This document shows, piece by piece, positions 52,148-64,000 of a DNA stretch of 64,000 bases. This DNA comes from Octopus vulgaris (taxonomy: Eukaryota): the NCBI GenBank assembly GCA_951406725.2, contig OX597828.1, positions 77,934,001 through 77,998,000 on the forward strand. Direction: 5' to 3'. Position numbers and translations under genes: made by a program. Position 1 is the stretch's first letter. Each line of letters opens with the position of its first letter. Under the pieces are notes generated by a model. It was given only the letters and a program-made list of their open reading frames with translations. It was not told the origin of the DNA and searched no databases.

Positions 52148-53541
52148 CTAAGTGTGAGCTTTCCTCCTTTAAAGTCAATAGTGTGTAATTTGTGGGAGAT
52201 ATAGCTGCTATTTCAAGCAAGATGATAAATTACATAGTTGCTCTCTTGTTGCTTCATTAGGTGGTGGGTTTTATTTATTGGATTTCAGCAGTTAGTTTTG
52301 GGAGAGAAAGAGAGAAAAAGCGACAGAGTGAGCGAGTTCGACAGACACCAATTGATTAAAAATCAAAGCAGCCATTATCTGGATAGAGCAAAGCTCAGTG
52401 TTTTGATAAACTCAGCTGAGATTGAAGGGGAGTGTTTAGAGTCCTGGTGAGATAAGACCAACCGACCAGAACTAGATCCTGAGTCACATGACATTTTTTG
52501 CAAATGCTGTTAAATGTCTTCAGTCTTAAAAGATAAAATGATAAAAATATTCTTTTCTACTCGAGGTTTTTGGGGAGGTGTAAGGGTGGTACGCAATTGG
52601 TACTTAATTTATTGACCCCAAAAGGATGAAAGGCAAAGTTGACCTTGGCAGAATTTGAACTCAGAACATAAAAACAGATGAAGTACCGCTAAGCATTTCG
52701 CCCTGTATGGTAACGACTCCTCCAGCTTGTTGACTTAAGAGACAATATAATAATCTTTTTTACTCTAGGCACAAGGTCCGAAATTTTTGAGGAGGGGTTG
52801 CCTGTCGATTAGATCGATCCCCAGTACACAACTGGTACTTTGTTGACCCTGAAAGGATGAAAGACAATCTCGGCAGAATTTGAACTCAGAACATAAAGAC
52901 AGATGAAATATTACTAAGTATTTCGCCCGGCATGCTAGCATTTCTGCCAGCTCACTGTCTTAAAATAATAATAAAAATATTAACTGTTAATACTGTTGAT
53001 GAGGCAGGAAAGCATATCTCAGCCATGTGGACAGAAAAATTTAAGTATCCCCAACCATTTACTAGTAACCCTTGGTATCTTAGTATTTTTAATGAATTGG
53101 TTCTTGCAGGTATAGCTGTGTGGTAAGAAGTTTGCTTCTAAACCACATGGTCCCAGGTTCAGTCCAACTGTGTGGCATCTTAGGCAAGTGTCTTCTACTA
53201 TAGCCTTGAGCTGACCAATGCCTTGTGAGTGGATTTGGTAGACGGAAACTGGAAGAAGCCTGTCGTCTGGATATGGTTTCAATGCGAAAGGGTTAACCTG
53301 TTAGAAAAGCAGCCTAATCTTCCTCATGTCATAATCTACCATTTTAAAAACGGGGAGAACATACACGAGATAATGTAATCCCAAAGAATGTTATTCAGGC
53401 TTCATTACAACACTGGGTGTCTTTTCTGTATAGCTTTGGGTTGATCAAACATTATGAATGGAATTTGGTAGACAGAGAACTGTTGAAGAGGACCAAGTTT
53501 AATCAGTCATGTAGGATGACAAGGAAGTCTTGTAGCTGTTC

Positions 53542-53574
<33 letters not shown>

Positions 53575-54008
53575 CTGTAAATGTGATGAGCTGGCAGAAA
53601 TGCTTACCAGTATTTCGTCTGTCTAGACGTTCTCAGTTCAAATTCTGCTGAGGTCGACTTTGCCTTTCATCCTTTTGGAGTCAATAAATTATCAGTTGTG
53701 TACTGGGGTCGATCTAATCGACTGGCCCCCTCCCCTAAAATTTCGGGCCTTGTGCTTAGAGTAGAAAAGAATATGTCTGTAGGTGTGTGAATTTATGTGT
53801 GTGTGTATGTATGTATATATGTATTACATTTAGTGTCACTGAAATGCCCATCACTCTTCTAACAACACCATGTGACTCACCTTGACCAATAAGAACCAAT
53901 TTTCCAATAGCCATCATGGACTTTTTGTATTTCTTCATTTGAGCAAGGTTTCCATTAGAGACCTATGAAACTTTGTTGCATGGAACCGAATCAAACAGCT
54001 TTAAACAA

Positions 54009-54046
54009 TATATATGTATGTATGTGTTTCTATGTGTGTGTGTGTG

Positions 54047-54087
<41 letters not shown>

Positions 54088-54212
54088 ATATATATGTATG
54101 TATATATATATGTATGTATATATATATGTATGTATATATATATGTATGTATATATATATGTATGTATATATATATGTATGTATATATATATGTATGTATA
54201 TATATATGTATG

Positions 54213-54249
<37 letters not shown>

Positions 54250-54471
54250 GTATGTATATATATATATATGTATGTATATATGTATGTATGTATATATGTA
54301 TGTATGTATATATGTATGTATATATGTATGTATGTATATATGTATGTATATATGTATGTATGTATATATGTATGTATATATATATGTATGTATATATATA
54401 TGTATGTATATATATATGTATGTATATATATATGTATGTATATATATATGTATGTATATATATATGTATGT

Positions 54472-54505
<34 letters not shown>

Positions 54506-54556
54506 GTATATATATATGTATGTATATATATATATATATATGTATATATATGTATG

Positions 54557-54593
<37 letters not shown>

Positions 54594-54621
54594 GTATGTA
54601 TATATATATATATATATTATG

Positions 54622-54672
<51 letters not shown>

Positions 54673-54673
54673 G
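54009..54673. repeat. Compound (TA)n/(TATG)n microsatellite
   Basis: Directly visible; source of the long YI/VC-rich ORFs. Confidence 0.95.
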
Positions 54674-56774
54674 TAATGAATCTTGCAAATCTGTTACATA
54701 TACATAGAACATATGGCAGGTGCCATATTTCATTCCATAACAGATACCTCTGAAGAACACAAGGTTACCTAACTCTCCATTGAACTCCTACTTTGAAAGC
54801 AGTTGGTCAGATCACCTATAAAGTTTATACTATATTGTACACTTTGATTAATACATATATGTGTGTGTGTGTGTGTAGAGAGAGAGAGAGGGAGAGGGGG
54901 GACAATCGTAGGCATATCAATTATAGTTACAAAAGTTACTATGTTACATAATATCAAATGATATAATAATTAGATTTTTACTGCTGTTTCAATGTATCTT
55001 GTGAACATTGGATATTATTAGGCATATTATGCAATTAGCTGTAAACATTATGAGGTAATATTGTAATGAATCACTGTTTATTGTACAGGTATAGTTTAAG
55101 TGAAGGTCATCAGTTTTCTCTTGTGTTTCACCAAAGTCATCTTCTGTAGTATTAGTAGCAGCAGCAACAGTAACAACAACAAAAACAACAGCAGCAGCAA
55201 TTGTTGTTGTTGTTGTTGTAATTGTAAAAAAACTCTGAAGGTTCATAAACCAGATTCTTTTTTTTTTTTATTTGCATCTTCTCAGTTACTACTATTCGCC
55301 CTTATAATGTGGGACAGCCATGTTTTGCCTCAATAGAAAGACACCTGTTCTTGTTAGTCTATCATACTTGTAGCCTCTTAGCACTTGGCATAAAGCCACT
55401 TTCCTTTCCCCCTAACACCACCACCACTTAGCTGTAAGGGCTTTTCTCTTTTCTGTTCTTTTTTTTTTGTCCTGCTGTGTACTTGGTAACCTCACCATTG
55501 CTGGTGGCATGTAAAACCACCCAGCACAAGGTGGTTGACATGAGGAAGGGCATCCAGCCGTAGAAAACATGCCAAAGCTGACACTGGAGCTTGGCACAGT
55601 CCTGCAGTTTGCCAGATGCTGTCAAACCATCCAACCCTTGTCGGCATAGGAAACAGACGTATGATGATAATGATGGTTTTATTTATTTATTTTGTGTGTG
55701 TGTTATAATGTCATTCCAAATAGCTCTGTGTAGCTCTGTGCATATCCTCACCACCCACACACAAGTGTGCGTGTTTGAACCACAATTCTAAACTGGCCAT
55801 CATTAAAGCAACACCTGTTTCATCCAAATAGCAATCAATCATTTCCAAGCCATAGGTCTGTATTTGGTTTATGGGTTATCTGTTAATAGCAGATGTCTCT
55901 CTTTTGGTTGGTTTATGGTGTTTAGTCACAGGTCAGCTCTCTCATCATTCTGACCTACAATCGTAGGTGTTCAAGCCATGACAGTCTCGGCTGTATTTCC
56001 ATGATTATAGGACTGCATTTTTCTTTTAGTTGCTTCAGTCATTTAACTGTGCCCATGCTGGAGCACCACCTTTAGTTGAGCACATCAATCCCAGGACTTA
56101 TTCTTTGTAAGCCTAGTACTTATTCTATTGGCCTCTTTTGCTGAACCACTAAGTTATGGGGACGTAAACACACCAGCATAGGTTGTTAAATGATGTTGGG
56201 GGACATTCATACATGCATATATACACACACATATATATATCCCAATTTATATTCCTGTATGTTATATTTTAATAATTACTGGTATCTTTATATATTATAC
56301 TGGTATCTTTATACTACTTCAAAATAATCTTGACAAGTTTTATCGCTATACCCATTATGATTCTGTCAACTCCCTCTTGCCCTTTCCTAACAGACACTAT
56401 TCTCTAGTCTTAGATTTGATATACAATGATTTGATAAACAGGAGTAATAAATTAAAACTGAACCAAAATCAGGGACAAGCTATGACCCAAACAAATGTTT
56501 TCCTCATGTCTTAGAAACTTCTAAGCTGAAGTGACAACAGCATGGACTTTGCCTTCTTACCCTCTTAGAGAATTTAGGTAAAATTATACAAATGTGTCCA
56601 ACTGATTAAAAAAAATTCTATTTATTTATTTATGCAGCTGAGGATAGCTGTGCACTTAAATTGATGTAATGATTGCATTGTTCAATTAAATGTAGCCGCT
56701 TGAAACGGTCGTACTGCATCACCTCTGCATATCCTGTTGCTTATTTTGATATATATACATTCTTTTCTTTCTTT

Positions 56775-57120
56775 TATTTGTTTCAATCATTTGACTGCAG
56801 CCATACTGGAGCACTGCATGTAGTCAAACAAATCAACCCCAGGATTTATTTTTTGTAAGCATAGTACTTATTCTATCGGTCTATTTTGGTGAACCACTAA
56901 GTTACAGAGGACATAAACACACCAGCATCGGTTGTCAAGGGATGTTGGGGGGGGGACAAACACAGACACACAAACATATACATATATACGACAGGCTTCT
57001 TTCAGTTTCCGTCTGCCAAATCCACTCACAGGGATTTGGGAGGCCCGAGTCTATAGTAAAAGACACTTGCCCAAGGTACCATGTGGTTGATAAGCAAGCT
57101 ACTTACCACACAGCCACACA
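56775..57120 (-). mobile_element. Uninterrupted type 1 SINE (followed by a second 5' half to ~57330)
   Basis: Reference copy for the split SINEs. Further copies at ~11200-11445, 26550-26760, 53105-53270, 56030-56210 and 61850-62200. Confidence 0.8.
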
Positions 57121-57397
57121 CACACACACACACACTTATATATACACACACACACATAGACACACATGACAAGCTTCTTTTAGTTTCCATCTACCGAATC
57201 CACTCACAAGGCCTTGGTTGGCTCAAGGCTATAGCAGAAAGCATACTTGCCCAAGGTGCCATGCAGTGGGACTGAACCCAGAAAACCATGAGGTTGTGAA
57301 GTGTAATTCTTACCACACAGCCACTCCTCTACCCATGTCTCTGGTTATGTCACTCTGTATGTGTGTCTCTCTCTCTCTTTCTCCTTATGGTTTTGTC

Positions 57398-57437
<40 letters not shown>

Positions 57438-57749
57438 TGATGGCTCTCTATTGTTTGTGTCATTGTGTGCGGATGTCTTAATGTCATTGTGTGTGCATGG
57501 GGTTGTGTTATTGCATGTGTCTGTGTTTGTGTCTCTATAGTCTGATTAGTATTTGTGTTCAGGGTTGCATCATCATTTTGTGTGTGTTTGTGTGTGTGTC
57601 CATGTCTGTTGTGTCTGGTTGTGTTGTTATTGTCTGCAATGAATAAATGAGTATAGCATGCCTATGTCAAAGCAGTGTGTGTGAATGTTATCTCTTATGA
57701 AACCGTGATCTTTATTTATGCAGTGTTATGTACATTGTCTAAGTTGACG

Positions 57750-57789
<40 letters not shown>

Positions 57790-57910
57790 CAAACGGCCAC
57801 GATTGGATGGTGCTTTTTACATGCCACTGGCACGGAGGCCAGTCCGGGGGGGCGCTGGCAACAGCCACGTTTGGATGGTTCTCTTATATATGTATATATA
57901 TATGAATTAC

Positions 57911-59050
57911 AACTGTGTTTCATGGTCTGCTACCACAACGGCTCCTTTACAGGATCCAGTTAGCTCAAGACATCATCAGGAGGAACCACGTCCGGTTTCG
58001 GCACTTACTCCTCTACCATTTTGACGTGGCGGGCCCCCCCTTTCGGAGGTGTCTTCAGCTCTGGTGTTGGGTGCATGTCTTCTTTCTTCTGTTAAGTGGC
58101 CTCTTCGATGTATCGTCAGCAAGTGTCAGCCGGTGACTGACTGACTTGTCAAATTTTTCCCTTTAAATACCTGCAGCTAGGCTCCAGCCAGCAGCCCCAG
58201 CAAGTTGTCACATGACACTGTCTCACCTTAACTGACTAGTGAAGGTGCGTAGTTTTAGCCCGCGCATTTTCTAAATGACCATCACCTGTCAGTCAGCGAA
58301 GCTGATTCAGTGTCAGCTTGTCTCACCTAATAATGTTATTTCCCACTGGCATGTTATGACTTTCAAGCCATTTTCGGTCTTCCCGCTTCAGCCATATATA
58401 GAAGCTGGCTTTTTCGACTGCCTCCTGTACTCTCCTTATTAGTTTTCACAGCTCCGAGCTAGAAAAAACAAATCTTCTTTTGAAAAGTGTTGTCATTTTC
58501 CTTTCAATGAAGCCTCTAGCTCCCATTGCCAGGTGATAATATTCGACATTCCATCCCTGTTCTCTGCATTCTTCGATTAGCTTTTCGTACCTCTTCTCTT
58601 TCTGTTCCTCTGCATTGCCGATGTTCTCTTCCCAAGGTACTGTCAGTTCTAGTAAAATTCCTATTCTCCGGTCTCTGTTTCATAGGACTAAATCCGGTCT
58701 TTTTGTTGTTTTTATTAGTGGAAATACTAATTGTCTTTCCAAGTCCATGGCCACCTCCCAGTATCCCTTCCATCTTTCATCTATCTCGTATACTTTACTT
58801 GTAGGCCTGGTTTTATATCCTTTTACCTCCTTGTGGAAGTATACTTTCCTGCACTTTTCTACTTTTGGGTACTCTCTCCTATTGTACCTCTCGATCTTCT
58901 CCTTGAGTGCTGTGCTTATGACACCGAGGACTTGATTATGCTGCCATGTATATCTTTCAAGTGCTAGTCTGCAATTTGACAGACCATGCCTAACTGTCGC
59001 TTTCTCTCCGCATCTACACGCCTATCAGTCTTTTTGACTGTTCCAATTCA
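57911..59050 (-). mobile_element. 3' fragment of a Hero-like (RLE-type) non-LTR retrotransposon
   Basis: Manual translation: CRCGEKATVRHGLSNCRLALERYTWQHNQVL (zinc knuckle + RHN-like), KRPDLVL*...ILLELTVPWEENIGNAEEQKEKRY...GW...GARGF, EKASFYIWLKR. Two in-frame stops; coding part ~58324-59030. Confidence 0.85.
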
Positions 59051-59153
59051 ACTGTGGAATGAATCTCGCTATGGTTATTTTCAGAGGGTTCTGGCCACAC
59101 GTCTTATGGTTTATCAACCCATGTTGTTGAATTACTTTCTTCTGACACACCTT

Positions 59154-59198
<45 letters not shown>

Positions 59199-60822
59199 AT
59201 CTACATACCTAACAAAAAAGGAAAATTTCAGATGTCACTAATATTGACTAAGGGTGCATGGTAGCACTTACATTGTATCAGATCAGTTGGACTTTGAATT
59301 TTCGTGCTCTTTCTTTTTTTTCCCTTTTTTACATTGCACCAATCATCTTCAAGAGTCTCAATGTTGCCATCATTATTGGTTATATACATACATACATATA
59401 TATATATGCTCTGGCTACTCCATCATATCTCATAAGAGGCTGCTGCTATCACAAAGGCATTTTCTTGCAGTCGGCAAATATTGTAGCCAAGTCTCTTCAG
59501 TTTTCTTTTTTCATATACTACTCTTTGTGATCAGATGATGCTTTTAGTCTTTTGAGTGCAACATGCATGATGGGTATTTATTGACGTGTGTGTGTGTGTA
59601 TCACATCATTTCTATTTTGCTTTCTATGCTGACACGGGCTGGATAGTTTTCCATGGTTGGAGTCGGAGTCAGCATGTAAGTATGGTATACTGCCACACTC
59701 AGCACTGTTAGCTACAGCAGTTGAGGGCTCCAGTTCATCCCATCAGGGGAACAGCCTGTTTGTGAAATGACTGTGCAAGTGGAGGAGCATTCCACAGGCA
59801 TGCGCACCCTTAACATAATGCCAGGCATATTAAAGTCTTATAAATCAATGCTGTGTCCTACCTGTGTTAGCAGTGCAATTCAGTCACTGCGAAGCTTTTA
59901 ATATACTTGGTAGTTTATTATGGCTTTAAAACGAAATACAGTGTCCCTGCCAGCAATTAATACTTTGTAAAGTGGACTGGATGTGTTTCCATGCCACCAA
60001 CATAGTAAGGTTGTCTTGTAACTCACAGGGTAGAAAAGGCCCTGCCACTTAGAGAAAGAGAGACAGAGAGAGAGAGTGGCGCATGTATGTGTATGTATAT
60101 ATATATATATGCCAGTGGCATGTGAAAAAACATTTGAGCGAGGTTGTTGCCAGTGCCGCTGGACTGGCTCCTGTGCAGGTGGCATGTAAAAAACATCATT
60201 TGAGCATGGCCGTTGCCAGTACTACTTGACTGGCCCTAGTGCCGGTGGTACGTAAAAGCACCAATTACACTCTCGGAGTGGTTGGCATTAGGAAAGGCAT
60301 CCAGCTGTAGAAACTCACCCAGATCAGATTGGAGCCTGGTGCAGCCATCTGGTTCGCCAGTCCTCAGTCAAATCGTCCAACCTATGCTAGCATGGAAAGT
60401 GGACATTAAACGATGATGATGATGATGTGTGTATCTGTGTGTGTGTTAGTGTATAAGATGTGTATATATTTATGGTGGTGTGTGTACTTCTGCAACTGTC
60501 CAGTAATACTTTACTATTTGATGATGCCATCTTCTCTTAGGGTAAGAAGGGGCCAGTAGTCAGCCTATCAAGTCCATCCACCTCCAGGGGCTTTGGTCAT
60601 ATCTGACAGCTACAGACTCATGAAGTAAGGAGGCAGGAATATGCATTTGTTGGGGTTTGTTTGAGATTTTGTTGTATTTCCAGTTTGCTGGATAATTTCC
60701 ACCATGATGTATTTTGTGTGTGTGTGTGCGTGCGTGGGTGTATATATGTGTGTATATATGTATATATCATTTGTATGTGTACATATCTGTATATACATGT
60801 TTTGCATATATATGTATGTATA

Positions 60823-60870
<48 letters not shown>

Positions 60871-61012
60871 GTATGTGTATATATATTTGTATGTGTGTGT
60901 GTTTATACACACACTCATATGTGTATCATACATTACGTAATTATACTTTTATACACGTTTTTTTTTTCATTTTCTCTACATGTACCACACCTCTTTTAAA
61001 GAGTTGTTTGTA

Positions 61013-61346
<334 letters not shown>

Positions 61347-62229
61347 GTGTGTACACATGCGTGTGCTGTATGTAAGGCAGAGACATACAAAGCACAATGC
61401 TGTCATGCCTTCATTGTTATGGTAACCAAAGCTGAAATGACCTGATGTCATTGTTATTTATTTATCATGATAATATAAAAATCCTATTTGTTTGTTGCTG
61501 TGGAAGGAGTAAAAACTGGGAAGTGGGGAATTATTATAGTTGAGTAGGTTCAGTGTGTTCTGCTTGAGTCAACCTGTGGCATAGGAAGAGAAACACCTAA
61601 CGCACACACGTGGGAATACGTCACACACACTTTCGCATGCTATCGACACTGTACTACCACGGCATTCAATAATCTAATAGTTATGGCTGTTTTATGATGA
61701 GTGGCTGCCATGTGGCATTCATGAAATATAATATCCTGTGCACTGAACAAGACTTTTTGAAGAGGCCTTTTGCTTTGTTGTTGTTAGTGTGTTGTTTGTT
61801 TAGCCTGTGATCAAGCAGGTCTTTCATCGAAAGTGTTTCACAGGTGCAGCAGGTATGGCTGTGTGGTTAAGAAGTTTGCTTTGCAACCATGAGGTTTCGG
61901 GTTCAGTTCCACAATGCCACACCTTGAGCGAGCGTCTTCTATTGTTATTTGCCCCTGAACTGACTGATGTCTTTCGAGTGAAGTTGGTCAATGGAAACTG
62001 TTGTGTGTGTGTGTGTTTTGTCCTCTACCACTACTTGAGGACTGGTGTTGGGTAATTTATATCCCCATAACTTAGCAGCTCAGCAGAAAAGACACTTGTA
62101 GAATAAGTACTAAACTTTAAAAAAGAGTGAATTAGTGTTGTGGTTGACTAAACCTTTCAAAGTATGGCTGCAGTTCAATGACTGAAACAAGTAAAAGATA
62201 ACAAACAAACAAATATATATATATGTATG

Positions 62230-62270
<41 letters not shown>

Positions 62271-62515
62271 GCTTGAAATGTTAAACCATCTTTCTTTCCT
62301 TCCCTGAGCATCTGCTAATACTTTCCATGTACCACGTCCTTGCATTGTAGCTTTCTTTTGTGTTTGTTGTTCTTTTTTTTGCGGGGGGGATTTTGGGATT
62401 TTGCATATGTATATATGTATATATAGAGTTGAAATTTACAGAAAAACCAAAGACAAAGACAGGTGTATAAACAACAAGCAGGTGTATTAGTTTGATATTG
62501 GGAAAGCGAGAAAAT

Positions 62516-62551
62516 CTTTTATGTTTTGAGCCTACGCTCTTCAACAGAAAG
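62516..62551 (-). ncRNA. Degenerate hammerhead-like motif (CUGUUGA core)
   Basis: CTTT CTGTTGA A GAGC-GTAG-GCTC AAAA CA TA AAAG; G12 lost, consistent with CpG decay. Confidence 0.45.
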
Positions 62552-62720
62552 GAACATGAGGAAATAAACAAAGAATATATATATATATTTATTTATTTAT
62601 TTACTGAATTTGTGTAAATGTGTATAGAATAATATATTAGTTGGTAACTTTATTCAACTGATGTATATATATATATATGTATCAAATGAAATAAAATGAA
62701 AAACAGGACACAAAAGATGT

Positions 62721-62815
62721 CGCGGTACATATGTTTCGAGCTTTATAAAACAACTTATTCTTACGTCAATGCATAATCAACATAACAGATAGTTTAAAAG
62801 CCCTCTTCAGTCGCA
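62721..62815 (-). ncRNA. Type I hammerhead motif with long loop II
   Basis: TGCGA CTGAAGA GGGCTTT-~50 nt-AAAGCTC GAAA CATATG TA CCGCG. Palindromic ACATATGT at stem III; one stem I mismatch. Confidence 0.7.
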
Positions 62816-62820
62816 TGCAA

Positions 62821-63110
62821 TTGCTACACCAAAGACTTGTATCACAATATGAAAGGTTTCAGAAAGAACATTTGGTATTATTTATAATGGTAGGTAAACC
62901 GAGTATCATTGGGAAAGTATGTTTGTAAATCTTCATAATCAAATAGGCGTATTATTTTTTGGAGTTTAATAATAGCCTGTACGCCTATTTGATTATGAAG
63001 ATTTACAAACATACTTTCCCAATGATACTCGGTTTACCTACCATTATAAATAATACCAAATGTTCTTTCTGAAACCTTTCATATTGTGATACAAGTCTTT
63101 GGTGTAGCAA
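62821..63110. repeat. Fold-back palindrome, 131 bp arms, 28 bp spacer, abutting a hammerhead
   Basis: Arms 62821-62951 and 62980-63110 look identical in reverse complement. Confidence 0.92.
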
Positions 63111-63122
63111 ATTAATTGAATG

Positions 63123-63181
<59 letters not shown>

Positions 63182-64000
63182 ATATATATATATATATATA
63201 TGTATCATCATCATCATCGTTTAACGTCCGTTTTCCGCGCTAGCACGGGTTGGACGGTTTCGACCGGGGTCTGGGGAGCTAGGGACTGCCCCAGGCTCCA
63301 GTCTAGTCTGGCAGTGTTTCTACAGCTGGATGCCCTTCCTAACGCCAACCACTCCGCGAGTGTAGTGGGTGTTTTTTACGTGCCACCTGCACAGGTGCCA
63401 GAGGGTCTGGCATCGGCCACGTTCGGATGGTGCTTTTTATGTGGGGGGGGGTGCAGAAATATATAGGGGAGCACCAGTGGGGAGGGGTGGTTCAGAGAAA
63501 TGATGACAGGTTCTAGGCAAGTAGAACGTAGGATATCAAGAGAGGGGTAATGCATGGTGAAATAGTGTGTTGAAGAGGGGGTTCGAAGAGTAGACACCTA
63601 TAATGGTGGTGGGAGAAGCGACATCCGGTATAGATGGAGCAAAAATATAGAGATATCCGGTATTGGTGGTGGGGGTGGGCAAGGGCGGGTGCACCGGGAA
63701 TATGCGAAGGTTGAACTGACGGGCTGGCTTAAAAATGCTCTTTGGAAGGGGGAAAGGAAGAGGGGGGGTGGCAGACAACGTAAAGAGGGAGAGAGAGAAG
63801 GGAATAGTGGAACCCCGCGAAAATGGGCCGCCATTGAAAAAAAAACCCCTGTATGGAGAAATAATAAGCAATACGAGGCGAAGCTGAAAATAGTAATAAT
63901 AATAATAATAATAATAAGCAAACTTTCGGCCGAGGATCAAAGGGACAATACTAATACTAATAATAGTAATAATAATAATAAATAATAAACAGCTCAACCA

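Noticed and set aside
53965-54753. Long ORFs of 220-262 aa (also at ~17.3, 51.9 and 61.0 kb)
   Set aside because: Translations of (TA)/(TG) microsatellites, which lack stop codons.

Overview
Repeat-dense, AT-rich eukaryotic DNA with no recognisable host protein-coding exon. The SINE, RTE and microsatellite content strongly resembles an Octopus (coleoid cephalopod) genome; this is inferred from repeat style, not from a search. Almost all listed ORFs are microsatellite or antisense artefacts. Supported features: a near full-length decayed RTE/BovB-like LINE (1.0-4.7 kb), a second RTE family whose ORF carries a PHD-type finger after the RT core, a Hero-like RLE element, Gypsy remnants and a solo LTR, maT/mariner/hAT/pogo/PIF-like relics, several non-autonomous Helitrons and many tRNA-derived SINEs. 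The main observations are: (1) several families of Penelope-type minimal hammerhead ribozyme (HHR) motifs, including one with a compensatory G3-C8 core swap inside fold-back palindromes; (2) a tRNA-headed SINE carrying an intact HHR; (3) a 4.3 kb head-to-tail dimer of a cargo-carrying chimeric Helitron inserted as a unit into one SINE; (4) a likely CpG-retaining domain at about 28-43 kb. All folding and alignment was done by eye.
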